Positions 18,172 through 27,551 of a DNA stretch of 64,000 bases are shown here, one piece after another. The notes below the pieces were generated by a model, which worked only from the letters and a program-made list of their open reading frames with translations, was not told the DNA's origin and ran no database searches. Source of the DNA: Sedimentisphaerales bacterium (GTDB lineage: Bacteria; Planctomycetota; Phycisphaerae; Sedimentisphaerales; SM23-30); the NCBI GenBank assembly GCA_963666285.1, contig OY762711.1; one strand, 5' to 3'. The stretch's first letter is position 1; every line of letters begins with the position of its first letter. The position numbers and the translations under genes are program-made.

Positions 18172-20256
18172 TTATTTTTGGAACTTATCGATATCGCTCC
18201 ATTTTTTGATGCCGATGGTTTTTAGGTAGGGAGCGAAAACGTCATCTTCGCGATCAGTATCGGCAGCCTGGAAGAGAAACCAGACCGGTTTGCGTCCGGC
18301 AGGATCGTCAGTCTGGTCGGGGAATTTGCGAAGTCCTATTCTCAGTCCGCCTTCGTGTCGGTTATCGATCCAGTTATGCCACTGGAAGCCATCTATGCCA
18401 TCGAGATCTTTCATTGATTTCCAGGTGTAGGCAAACCCGGCAGCCTGTTCGGTGAGATCTTTCTCGGAGTAAGATTTTGAGTTAGTGCCATTTTCGGAGA
18501 GCCAGAGAGAGCGTTTTTGAGTGCCTTCATATAGCATTTCAGTCGATTTGATCCATTGGTCTAGTACTTTCAGGTTTTTGAAAGTTATGAGTGGAGTGTC
18601 AATATTGAATTTAGCTTTTGTATCGAGCCAGGTTTTTGGTTCTAAAAGGCTTTCTGGGTATGGATGATGAGCTACAGCCCATTGGAAGTCACCTTCAACG
18701 CGGGAGAATTTAAGAAGGATTTCCATCAGGTCTTTGGAAGGGTAATAATGCGGGTGTGAAGTCCAAGCCCAGTAGTGGGTAAGAGAGATAAAGACTTCGG
18801 ATTGCGGATTATAGCTGCGGGCAATAGCGTAGCACATTCGCATGGATTTGATGTAGGTGTCCATAAAGACGAGGTCGGTTTTGACGCCCATATTTGTCCA
18901 GGTCCAGCCGGCATCGACTTCGTTGTGCATGATCCAGTGGTGGATTCTGCCGTATTTTTTGTCGGGGCGGCTATATCGTGAGGCGAGGAAATCGAGAGCT
19001 GCGGCGTAGCAGTTAACGCTTTCAGGGGTGGTCATATTGGGCATGGAGAAAATCCCGGAAGGGTCCATGTCCGGATGCTGAAGTAAGGCGTCCGGTGAAG
19101 GCTGGTTTTTGTCAATGAGGAGTATGGCAGCAACAATTATATTTCGTTTGGCAGCTTCCAGAAGAGTATGGTCCAGTTGCTGGAAATATCCCTGGTTGAA
19201 ATAGTACATTATGCCGTTATAGTTATGTTCAATATTGCCCGGCGATTTAGTCTTTGTCATAAAACGAGCAAATGGTATATTGACAGTGATACTAGCTATA
19301 TCGAGATCGTCGAGGTCGTTTGTATGTCCTCGTGATATGTCAAAGCCACCGATCCCTTTACGGCCTTTGAGGGCTTGCGGCATAATATTATATTTAGGTT
19401 CGATTTCGTCCGGGTAATGGGCGTGAGAAATGAGTTTCAATCCGGATGGAGTGTCCATAGCGAGAGCCCATTTGGAGAGCAGGCTGTCATATTTAATATC
19501 TTTTCGCTGTTGATATCTTGGAAACGATTCTGAGAAGTTAAGTTTCTTTATAGGCTTGAATTTGATTATGCTGTCGGTATCCGTGACGTCCAGATAAGGC
19601 GGTATTTCGCACAGGTATATATTATCTAATTTGTCTAACGTGCCTGAGATTGTAATGGTCTCAAAATTGGCAGATATTTTATCGATTTTGCAATTGAATT
19701 CGGTATCCAGGTATGTTTGCAGGTTTTTATGGAAGATGGCATCTCTTTGTTTTTTTGCTTCACGCTGCAGCGCGATTTGCTTTTCGCGGTCGGTGAAGGA
19801 TCTAAGGCGAAGATTACGCATCTGGATGTTGGTGTTGGGCTTTCTGCCCAAATCAAGGCGTAAGTAATCGCCAGGTTTGCCCCAGTCGAGCATTTTGTCT
19901 GAGAGGTCGACAGAGTAAGTCGTCCAGCCTTCGGCCATATCGATATTTTTTAGTGAAGCAGATTTTGATTCAGATTCAGGCGGCCCGAAGAAAACCTGAA
20001 AATCGCTAATGCCTGATGGGCAGAAGTATTCGAAAGAAAGTACCTTGTGGTTGTCGGGGAGGTTAACTTTGAGCGGATAAGTTTTTATGTAAGGGTCCGA
20101 GTCTGAGGTTATTATTTGACAGGTGCTGCCATCTTTTGTGCATTGCAGCTGGTTGGCAGAGTCCTGGTTGATGTTAAGAGAGGTTGAGGGAAGATCCTGG
20201 CTGTAAAGCTGGAGGGATAAAAGACTAAACAATATGATTCCAATGTAAAATTTCAT
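18172..20256 (-). CDS. Secreted DUF5722-like protein (probable clan GH-A TIM-barrel hydrolase)
   Basis: Signal peptide; LRLD beta-sandwich; KG.G; WIMHNEVD; AHHPYP; WLSENG. Confidence 0.75.
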   Translation of the reverse strand: MKFYIGIILFSLLSLQLYSQDLPSTSLNINQDSANQLQCTKDGSTCQIITSDSDPYIKTYPLKVNLPDNHKVLSFEYFCPSGISDFQVFFGPPESESKSASLKNIDMAEGWTTYSVDLSDKMLDWGKPGDYLRLDLGRKPNTNIQMRNLRLRSFTDREKQIALQREAKKQRDAIFHKNLQTYLDTEFNCKIDKISANFETITISGTLDKLDNIYLCEIPPYLDVTDTDSIIKFKPIKKLNFSESFPRYQQRKDIKYDSLLSKWALAMDTPSGLKLISHAHYPDEIEPKYNIMPQALKGRKGIGGFDISRGHTNDLDDLDIASITVNIPFARFMTKTKSPGNIEHNYNGIMYYFNQGYFQQLDHTLLEAAKRNIIVAAILLIDKNQPSPDALLQHPDMDPSGIFSMPNMTTPESVNCYAAALDFLASRYSRPDKKYGRIHHWIMHNEVDAGWTWTNMGVKTDLVFMDTYIKSMRMCYAIARSYNPQSEVFISLTHYWAWTSHPHYYPSKDLMEILLKFSRVEGDFQWAVAHHPYPESLLEPKTWLDTKAKFNIDTPLITFKNLKVLDQWIKSTEMLYEGTQKRSLWLSENGTNSKSYSEKDLTEQAAGFAYTWKSMKDLDGIDGFQWHNWIDNRHEGGLRIGLRKFPDQTDDPAGRKPVWFLFQAADTDREDDVFAPYLKTIGIKKWSDIDKFQK

Positions 20257-20300
20257 GAATACGCAGCTCCCTTAGTAAATGTTTTTCAAAACATATATTC

Positions 20301-21424
20301 TATACTATTCTCAATTGAAAATGTCTGTAAATTAATATTGGACCTCGTATATGTCCGATAAATATTATATATGAAGTATTACAGGTTGTCAAAAGCAGAA
20401 ATAGCTGAATTAGAAGCTTTGCATCGCAGTATGTTTGATCGTCGTCAAGCAGACCGAGTAAAAGCAGTTATAGCATTGGCTAAAGGCTGGTCTGCATCTC
20501 AATTGCAGAAATTCTTCTTTTTGATGAGAGAACTTCACGGCGTTATTTTATGCTTTATAAAGAAGGTGGCAGTCGAGCTTTGCTTGAAGCTCATTATTTT
20601 GGAGCAGAACCGAAACTTAATGATGAGCAGATGAAAGAATTGGAAGGTTATCTTACGGCTAATACTCTGCCAGATGCCAAAGCTGTCGTTGCTTATATTC
20701 TCAAACAATACGGCATTCATTATTCAGTTAGCGGCGTAACCCATTTGCTGCATCGTCTTGGTTTTTCCTACAAAAAGCCCAAGCATGTTCCAGGTAAGCA
20801 AGCCCCGGAAAAACAACATGAATTTATTAAGCAATACGAGCAAATACAGGCAGAAAAGGGTGAAAATGATCCTATTTACTTTGCTGATGCTACACACCCA
20901 CATCACAATAGTGTGCCTTCATACGGCTGGATAAAAAAGGGGCAGGAAAAAGAACTTAAGGCTAATTGTGGTCGCCAAAGACTGAATATAAATGGTACTC
21001 TTGACATTGAGACTCTTGAGCCGGTAACAGGTATTTATGACACAATAAATGCCCAATCAACAATAGATTTGTTTTCCAGAATAGAAGCAAAACACCCCAA
21101 GGCAGATGTCATATATATCATTGTAGATAATGCCCGATACTATCGCTCTCAAGTCCTGAAAGAAGCTCTGGAAAGAACGAAGATCAAACTGATATTTTTA
21201 CCTCCATATTCGCCGAATCTTAATTTGATTGAGCGATACTGGAAGTTCTTTAAGATAAAGGTCTTGAATAATTGCTACTATGAAACCTTTGATGAATTCA
21301 AATACGCGTGCATAAGTTTTTTTAGAAAACGGAAAAAGTACTTGCCTGAATTACAAACATTGATCACTGAAAATTTCCATATTCAAACTATTTGAAACGG
21401 ACATTCTCAATGATGGGTAGTATA
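20301..21424 (+). mobile_element. IS630-family insertion sequence
   Basis: Imperfect TIRs: left TA-TACTATTCTCAATTGAAAATGTCTG versus reverse complement of right TA-TACTACCCATCATTGAGAATGTCCG. TA flanks both ends. Confidence 0.9.
20371..21395 (+). pseudogene. IS630 transposase split by a 1-nt deletion near 20503
   Basis: The N-terminal HTH frame (MKYYRL..DRVKAVIALAKGWS) joins the DDE frame (YFADATHP, IVDNARYY, FLPPYSPNLNLIERYW) if one A is restored at CAA(A)TTGCAGAA, giving Q-I-A-E-I-L-L-F-D-E-R-T. Confidence 0.85.
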
Positions 21425-21812
21425 TTGTATGCTTCAGGGATATCAATAGAAATGTCTGAGGGGAAATTGATCCTGAGGGTAGATGCAGCAGCAGGTTTTA
21501 TCTCAATAAAAGACGGCTTGACTTTCGATGACTTTGCCGGGATATTTATGTCGCTGCTAAGTATCTTAACCTTGCGGGTAAAAGTTGATAATGCAAAGCC
21601 ATTGTCCCTCAGTAAGCCGGGATGTTTTGACCACTCGATTCAAACTTCTTAATCTCTGCCTGCCAGAATTCCTTGCTGCGGAATATGCATTTTTTGCCTG
21701 ATTGTGACATAAATAATCCTGTACTGATTGGGGTGTTGGTATATTCAATCAACCAGAACAGATTTTATCAACTCCATATAAACTTACAACGGGCGGTTCG
21801 CCGAACGGACAC
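21425..21812 (-). mobile_element. IS66-family remnant (left end plus frameshifted tnpA-like gene, ATG 21710), cut by IS630
   Basis: Minus strand reads MSQSGK..RSKEFWQAEIKKFESSGQNIPAY/[fs]RDNGFALSTFTRKVK..SFIEIKP..LRINFPSDISIDIP (TnpA pattern). Its end GTGTCCGTTCGGCGAACC resembles IS66 TIRs. Confidence 0.7.
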
Positions 21813-22137
21813 GTAACAGATTCAGAATAATACTTTTTGTTAATAATTTTTAGAGTATTATGTTTCCATTTTTACGAGCCTATGGTGGTTAAATGTATGT
21901 GAGTTATTGGCTGTTTTATATCTGTAGTGTGTTCTAAGTCTAAGTGGAGTATGTGTTTATGTTTTAAGTGGGTGTTTTTGTGTATGTTTTTTGTTTTTTG
22001 TGTCAGGTTCTATATTTTTGAATGATGTATTTTAATTTTTTTATAAAAAACTATTTTCCACCTAAAATAATATAAAAAAAAACATTATTATTAATGAAAG
22101 GTAAAATATTAAAACTTATTGAGAGTTGTAACAAAGA

Positions 22138-22668
22138 ATGAGAGATGAGAAATCGGATAATCTACTGTTTTTTAGGCTATATAACCGTGTTAGTGCCAGA
22201 ATATTTTCACTGATCCTGATTATAGTTCATGACCACAATGATGCCGAAGATATTCAGCAGGATGTTGCATCGGCGATGTGGGAAAAATTTGATCAGTTTG
22301 AAAAAGGAACAAATTTTGAGGCATGGGCGATTACAATTGCCAGAAATAAGGCATTAGAGTTTTTACGAAAGAATAAGAAAAGCCGGATGGTTTTTGGCGA
22401 TAAATACTATGATCTTATTTCTGAATATGCGGCAAAGGAGACTGAGGATGTTACTGATAATATTCAAAATGTTAAGCGTTGTATAAAAAAGCTGCCGGAA
22501 AAAGATGTTAAGCTGCTAAATATGAGATTTCGTAAAAATATTTCATTGAAGCAGATATCAAGTGTGACAGGCCGTTCGAGCAGCAGTTTGTGTCAGAGTT
22601 TTTCACGGATCCTTGATTTGTTGAGGGTTTGTATGAAGCAAGAAAGGGCTTTTCAGTCTAGCCTATGA
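22138..22668 (+). CDS. ECF sigma factor (planctomycete/verrucomicrobial type)
   Basis: DAEDIQQDV..MWEKFDQFEKGTNFEAWAITIARN; CIKKLP; region 4 HTH. Confidence 0.93.
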   Translation: MRDEKSDNLLFFRLYNRVSARIFSLILIIVHDHNDAEDIQQDVASAMWEKFDQFEKGTNFEAWAITIARNKALEFLRKNKKSRMVFGDKYYDLISEYAAKETEDVTDNIQNVKRCIKKLPEKDVKLLNMRFRKNISLKQISSVTGRSSSSLCQSFSRILDLLRVCMKQERAFQSSL

Positions 22669-24347
22669 GTAATGATTGGCAGAAAATTGAAATACTGCTC
22701 ATACGTCTCCTTGAGAATGAGTTAACAGATGCTGAATTTGAGACTCTCAAAGAATGGATGGCAGGAGATGAGAAGGCAGTTTCCAGGTATTGTGAATTTA
22801 TAAAGCACTATTCGGTAGTGCAAAATGCCATAAAAGGAGAATTGCTTGATAGCTGCAAGTCAGGTGAGGGGTTGGATGTTACAATTCTGGAGCGAATGCT
22901 TGATACGGAAGAGTTAGCTCCAGAAGTTGAGATATCTGATCCGGAAAGTCAAGTAGAAGTAGTAAAGGAAGTTGAAATTCCAGGACCGGTATCTCATAAA
23001 TCTAGTAAGTTATATTTCATATATAGCCTGATAGTTTCTACTGCTGCGGTATTTTTGTTAATGTTTATAGTTTATGCGACCATATTTCCACCCAAACGAG
23101 GAGAGGATGTTGCAAAGATTTCAGATCAGCTAAACGTACAATGGTGTCGAAATGGTGAAAAGCTGTTGACTAATGATCGTTTATTGACGAATCAGCCGCC
23201 ATACAGGATAGAAAGCGGTCTGATAAAAATCGAATTTGATAGAGGTGTGGAAGTTCTGGTTGAAGGACCAGCCAGTTTTTCGTTACCATCCGATAATGAA
23301 TTTGAAATCTTGAATGGAAAAGCGTATGCGAAGGTTCCTAAAAAGGCCACCGGTTTTACTATGTTGAGTCCTAACTCAAAGGTTATTGATTTAGGCACAG
23401 AATTTGGTATTAGCGTAGACAATTTTGGAGAAAGTGATATTCATCTGGTCAAAGGTAAAGCCAATTTGATCGCAGGATTCCGTGACCAGAATAAAGAAAG
23501 CATGATGTTGGAAGTTGGAAAAAGTAAACGTGTAGATTTGAATGCACAAGTAAATGATATAAAATTTGATGAAAATCTGTTTGCTCGTGAGATGTATTCT
23601 GAAGTGAATTTTGTGTGGCGAGGCGAAGGTAGTGTAGATGTAGTTGAATTGTTAAAGGGAAGATTTGGTTTTAACAAAAGTGATCATAGTTACTTTGCAA
23701 TTAACCACTCCACAGGCCAATGCTTTATTGAAAATCAGATATTTGATTATAATACTGATAATAAGTTCCATCCTGTTGAATACAGTCCATTTGTTGATGG
23801 TGTTTTTGTACCAGACAGCAGTAATTCATATCAAGTTATTTCGACAAGTAATATTGTTTTTGAAAATTGTCCGATGACTAATAGTGAATGGTGGTATCCG
23901 ATACTGACAAAACCAGTTGAGTATGTTAAAATTAGGCAAAAAGTAGTGTACAGGCTTAATGGTTTAGATTGGAAAATTGACGGGAAATTGTATGGTGATG
24001 ATGAAAGTGCATTTGTTCTGCATGCAAATAGCGGCATAACGTTGGACCTTTCAAAAGTCAGAGATGCCATACCTGGTGTAAGTGTACATTCTTTTACGGC
24101 AGATCTTGGAGTTGTTGAAGCTGACGGAGAAGATTCCAAGCGTAATATGACAGATTTCTGGATATTGATTGATGGCAAGCTAAAACAACATGTAACCAGG
24201 AAACAGGTTTTAGTTCACTCGGATTATGTGTTTATTGATTTTGATGTAGAGGACAGGTTTTTAACATTTATCGCTACTGACGGGGGTGACGATATAACAT
24301 GTGACTGGTGGGTTATAGGTAATCCAAAGTTAAATATCGGCAATTAG
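22665..24347 (+). CDS. FecR-like anti-sigma factor with C-terminal NPCBM-like domain
   Basis: 4-nt overlap with the sigma gene; TM; EGPA, GFT..SP..KVIDLGTEFG; FVDGVFVPD, HANSGITLDL, TDGGD...DW..GNP. Confidence 0.88.
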   Translation: MSNDWQKIEILLIRLLENELTDAEFETLKEWMAGDEKAVSRYCEFIKHYSVVQNAIKGELLDSCKSGEGLDVTILERMLDTEELAPEVEISDPESQVEVVKEVEIPGPVSHKSSKLYFIYSLIVSTAAVFLLMFIVYATIFPPKRGEDVAKISDQLNVQWCRNGEKLLTNDRLLTNQPPYRIESGLIKIEFDRGVEVLVEGPASFSLPSDNEFEILNGKAYAKVPKKATGFTMLSPNSKVIDLGTEFGISVDNFGESDIHLVKGKANLIAGFRDQNKESMMLEVGKSKRVDLNAQVNDIKFDENLFAREMYSEVNFVWRGEGSVDVVELLKGRFGFNKSDHSYFAINHSTGQCFIENQIFDYNTDNKFHPVEYSPFVDGVFVPDSSNSYQVISTSNIVFENCPMTNSEWWYPILTKPVEYVKIRQKVVYRLNGLDWKIDGKLYGDDESAFVLHANSGITLDLSKVRDAIPGVSVHSFTADLGVVEADGEDSKRNMTDFWILIDGKLKQHVTRKQVLVHSDYVFIDFDVEDRFLTFIATDGGDDITCDWWVIGNPKLNIGN

Positions 24348-24385
24348 TTATGTAGTTTTATTAACATTTTATTGGAGGAATTCTG

Positions 24386-26473
24386 ATGAACAGGCTATTG
24401 AAAGTATTTTTTGTATTGATGATGGGAGCAGCTACTGTAAATGCTGCCAGTATTGCTATGAACTTTATTGAAAACGCTTCAAATCAGGTTTTTAGTGGAG
24501 AAGAGTTAATTGGTCCAACAGATATAGACAGCAGCAATTGGAATAGTTCAGCTGATTCCAGCGACCTTGCTAATGGTACACTTAGTGATATGGTTGACGA
24601 TTCCGGCATGGCAACTACAGCAAATGTAACCTGGGTTTCTCCTAATACCTGGTATAATGGTTCAGGTACTGGTAGTGATGAGGCCAAGTTGACAGTTGGT
24701 TTTCTAGATGATAGTAATGGCGGTGCATATATTACAGTAAGCGATATTCCGTATGAAGTATATAATGTATACGTATTGCTGAATATTACCCCGAGTACCA
24801 GTGATTTCTTTCATTCGGATGTGATTGTTAATGGTGTGCAGTATTTCAATCAAGGTGGATATTTTCCTGTGCATGCCGGTGTTGTTGATGGAACAGGTTG
24901 GGTAGAATGTGATGGGACAGTTTATGGTAATTATCTAAAAGTGTCAGGTGAAATTGGTACTGAGTTAGTTGTAGATTCAATCGGTTATCTTGGTGGTATT
25001 GAAGGTGAACCTTATACAAATGCCAGAGGTGGTATTTCTGGTATAATTATCGAAGAAGTACCTGTGACTACCTATAATCGTATTCCAGAAAACAGAAAAG
25101 ACTTAGTTCCGTTGGATCAGGTACTTAGCTGGGAAGTTGGAGAAGGTGTAACTACAATTGATCTTTATCTGGGTGAGGACCCCAATTGTGATGCAACTGG
25201 AGATTTAAGGTTAGATAGTGTGGCTGCATCAACAGTTACTTATGATGCAACCGGTGTTTTAGATTTTGATAAAACATATTACTGGAGAATAGATACATAT
25301 AATTCTGCTAATAGAAAAACTGAAGGCTATGTGACAAGTTTTATAACAAAACCAGCTACGCCGGTAGTTGGTGACGTTCAACCAGCAATAGTAGCTGTAA
25401 GACCAGGTTATAGTCAAACACTTACAGTGTCTACACTTTATCAGGATACTTGTCAATGGTACAAAGACGGTCAGGCAATTTCAGATAACGGCATATATTC
25501 AGGAACCAATTCTGACACTTTGGAAATATTAAGTATGGCTGATAGTGCTGTAGGAGTTTATACTTGCGTTGCGACAAATCCTGCCGGATCAGTGACTTCG
25601 AACGTTGGTGGTGAAGTAGTTAAGGGTGAACTACTTATGCATTATCCTTTTGATGAAGTTATTTATGATTCGCAAGCAGGGAGTGTTGTTACTCCAGATA
25701 TTGCCTCTGGAGTTGATCTTAGTTTACAAGGTTCAGGTCCTGTAAATTCTATTGAAGGTGTTTATGACGGTATTGCCGGTGAAGGTTCAATCTTATTTGA
25801 TAATAGTGATGAGAGTGATCCAAATGCTTCTTATACATATGCTTCTGCTGAAGGATTTGATTTTGGTAATAAACTTAAGTCAAGTATTACGGTTGAATTT
25901 TGGGCCGCTATGATTGATGGAGGGTTAAATTATAGTGGTGATACTCCATTCTGGGCATCTCAGTCTGATTCAATTGAAGAAAAAGATCCAAGAGCGATGA
26001 ATGTGCATTTGCCTTGGGGTAATAATATTACCTGGAACACTGAAAATGGGGATGAGTTAACTGTTAATATCAATGATAACCCTTCAATTCCGTTGGGTTC
26101 CAGTGATTGGCATTACTGGGTGTTTACCAAGGATTGCAATTCAGGTGTAATGAAAATTTACATTGATGGTGAACTTCTTGCTACCAAAACTGATACATTT
26201 ACATTGCTTAATAGCTTCAAGTGGATTTCTATTGCCGAGCTGGATTACTTTAGTGGCTATCTTGATGATATGAAAGTTTATAATTATGCACGTACAACTG
26301 ATGATATTGCCCAGGACTATATGGCAGCTACAGGAGCTGAATACGTGTGTGATAAAGAAGGTAATGCTGATTTGACTTATGATTTTGACAATAATTGCAG
26401 AGTTGACATACTTGACTTTGCAACTTTTGCGTCAACCTGGTTAAATGATAATCGTATTTACTCTAATCGTTAA
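24386..26473 (+). CDS. Secreted Fn3-like/Ig/LamG protein with C-terminal dockerin-like motif
   Basis: Signal peptide; TYYWRID; WYKDG..Y.C.ATN (Ig); WHYWVFT..IYIDG..LDDMKVYNYA (LamG); YDFDNNCRVDILDFATFASTWL. Confidence 0.85.
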   Translation: MNRLLKVFFVLMMGAATVNAASIAMNFIENASNQVFSGEELIGPTDIDSSNWNSSADSSDLANGTLSDMVDDSGMATTANVTWVSPNTWYNGSGTGSDEAKLTVGFLDDSNGGAYITVSDIPYEVYNVYVLLNITPSTSDFFHSDVIVNGVQYFNQGGYFPVHAGVVDGTGWVECDGTVYGNYLKVSGEIGTELVVDSIGYLGGIEGEPYTNARGGISGIIIEEVPVTTYNRIPENRKDLVPLDQVLSWEVGEGVTTIDLYLGEDPNCDATGDLRLDSVAASTVTYDATGVLDFDKTYYWRIDTYNSANRKTEGYVTSFITKPATPVVGDVQPAIVAVRPGYSQTLTVSTLYQDTCQWYKDGQAISDNGIYSGTNSDTLEILSMADSAVGVYTCVATNPAGSVTSNVGGEVVKGELLMHYPFDEVIYDSQAGSVVTPDIASGVDLSLQGSGPVNSIEGVYDGIAGEGSILFDNSDESDPNASYTYASAEGFDFGNKLKSSITVEFWAAMIDGGLNYSGDTPFWASQSDSIEEKDPRAMNVHLPWGNNITWNTENGDELTVNINDNPSIPLGSSDWHYWVFTKDCNSGVMKIYIDGELLATKTDTFTLLNSFKWISIAELDYFSGYLDDMKVYNYARTTDDIAQDYMAATGAEYVCDKEGNADLTYDFDNNCRVDILDFATFASTWLNDNRIYSNR

Positions 26474-26487
26474 TAAATTTATGGTAA

Positions 26488-26516
26488 TTGGGGCTTTTCT
26501 TTATGAAAAGCCCCAA
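26488..26516. other. Intra-operon hairpin between LamG gene and prepilin gene
   Basis: TTGGGGCTTTTC-tttat-GAAAAGCCCCAA. Confidence 0.6.
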
Positions 26517-26535
26517 TACTACACAAGGAAAAGAT

Positions 26536-27330
26536 ATGAAACGTCAGAAAAAAGCTTTTACTCTTATTGAATTATTAGTTGTTATTTCAATAATAGCCCT
26601 ATTAGTTTCAATTTTAATGCCAGCATTAAATAGGGCAAAAGAACAAGCTAAAAATGTTTTATGTTTGACTAATGTCAGATCGTTATCGATTGGTTATCAG
26701 ATGTTTAATGATGAAAATGATGAAAAAGGTGTTACCTATAATAGCAATGGTCAAAACAATTTATGGCTTGAGCAGGTTGCCAAAAAATTAAGTAATATCG
26801 ATGAGGTTCGTTATTGTCCATCAACAAGAGATAATCAGGTTGTCGCTACAACCGGGCATATTGCAGGTTCTGCCAAGGAATACTGGGGGTGGTATGATTC
26901 TTCCCCTGAAGGTTCTAGCATATCATTTGGGTCATATGGCCTTAATGGCTGGTTGTATAATGATTCTGATTTATCAGGGATAACAGCCAATTGGACAAAA
27001 AACAAATTTGGTAAAGGTGCCGGAATGAAACATACTGCAGAAGTTCCTGTATTTTTTGATAGTGTGTGGATAGACGCCTGGCCAAATCATGGAGATACAG
27101 TTGCTGCTGATTTTGATCTTGACCAGACAAGTCAAAGCTTGCCAAATAATATGATGTGTCGTTTAATGGTAAATCGTCATTCAGGAAATCTTCCTGTATC
27201 ATTTGTTGACGGTCATATTGAAGAGATAGCTCTGAAAAGAATGTGGTCTTTAAAATGGAATAAAAATTTCCAAAGATTTCATGAAGACAAAACTCGTCAG
27301 GGCGGTACTCCGATTTATAAAAAAAATTAG
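26536..27330 (+). CDS. Prepilin-type N-terminal cleavage/methylation protein with H-X9-DG motif
   Basis: [30 protein letters not shown]...C..N; CPS; SYG.N; RHSGNLPVSFVDGH. ATG 26536 follows AAGGA. Confidence 0.92.
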   Translation: MKRQKKAFTLIELLVVISIIALLVSILMPALNRAKEQAKNVLCLTNVRSLSIGYQMFNDENDEKGVTYNSNGQNNLWLEQVAKKLSNIDEVRYCPSTRDNQVVATTGHIAGSAKEYWGWYDSSPEGSSISFGSYGLNGWLYNDSDLSGITANWTKNKFGKGAGMKHTAEVPVFFDSVWIDAWPNHGDTVAADFDLDQTSQSLPNNMMCRLMVNRHSGNLPVSFVDGHIEEIALKRMWSLKWNKNFQRFHEDKTRQGGTPIYKKN

Positions 27331-27393
27331 GGCTACCACAAAAACAATGTTATTTGAAACTAAGAGTCAAAACTACCGGCTTTTTAGCATAAA

Positions 27394-27442
27394 GTTAATA
27401 TGTAAAGTAAGTTATCCTTATTAAATTACTTTATATATTAAC
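27394..27442. repeat. AT-rich 17-bp inverted repeat
   Basis: GTTAATATGTAAAGTAA / TTACTTTATATATTAAC (16 of 17 match) between the prepilin and GH genes. Confidence 0.55.
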
Positions 27443-27551
27443 ATCTTATTACCGCAGCCTGGCAATCAGGTAAAATATTAATGTTTTAAATTATTTATTT
27501 GTATAAAATAAATGCCATCCCAGAAGAACTAAATCAATCCAAAGGGCCATT

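Noticed and set aside
20495..20530. Programmed -1 frameshift in the IS630 transposase
   Set aside because: No clear slippery heptamer at the junction; a single lost A (mutation or sequencing error) explains it.
21392..21748. Short ORFs 21392-21652 (+) and 21566-21748 (-)
   Set aside because: They are shadows of the frameshifted IS66 tnpA remnant.
26488..26535. Extended N-terminus of the prepilin ORF from TTG 26488
   Set aside because: This stretch is a hairpin; ATG 26536 has an RBS and gives a normal short prepilin leader.
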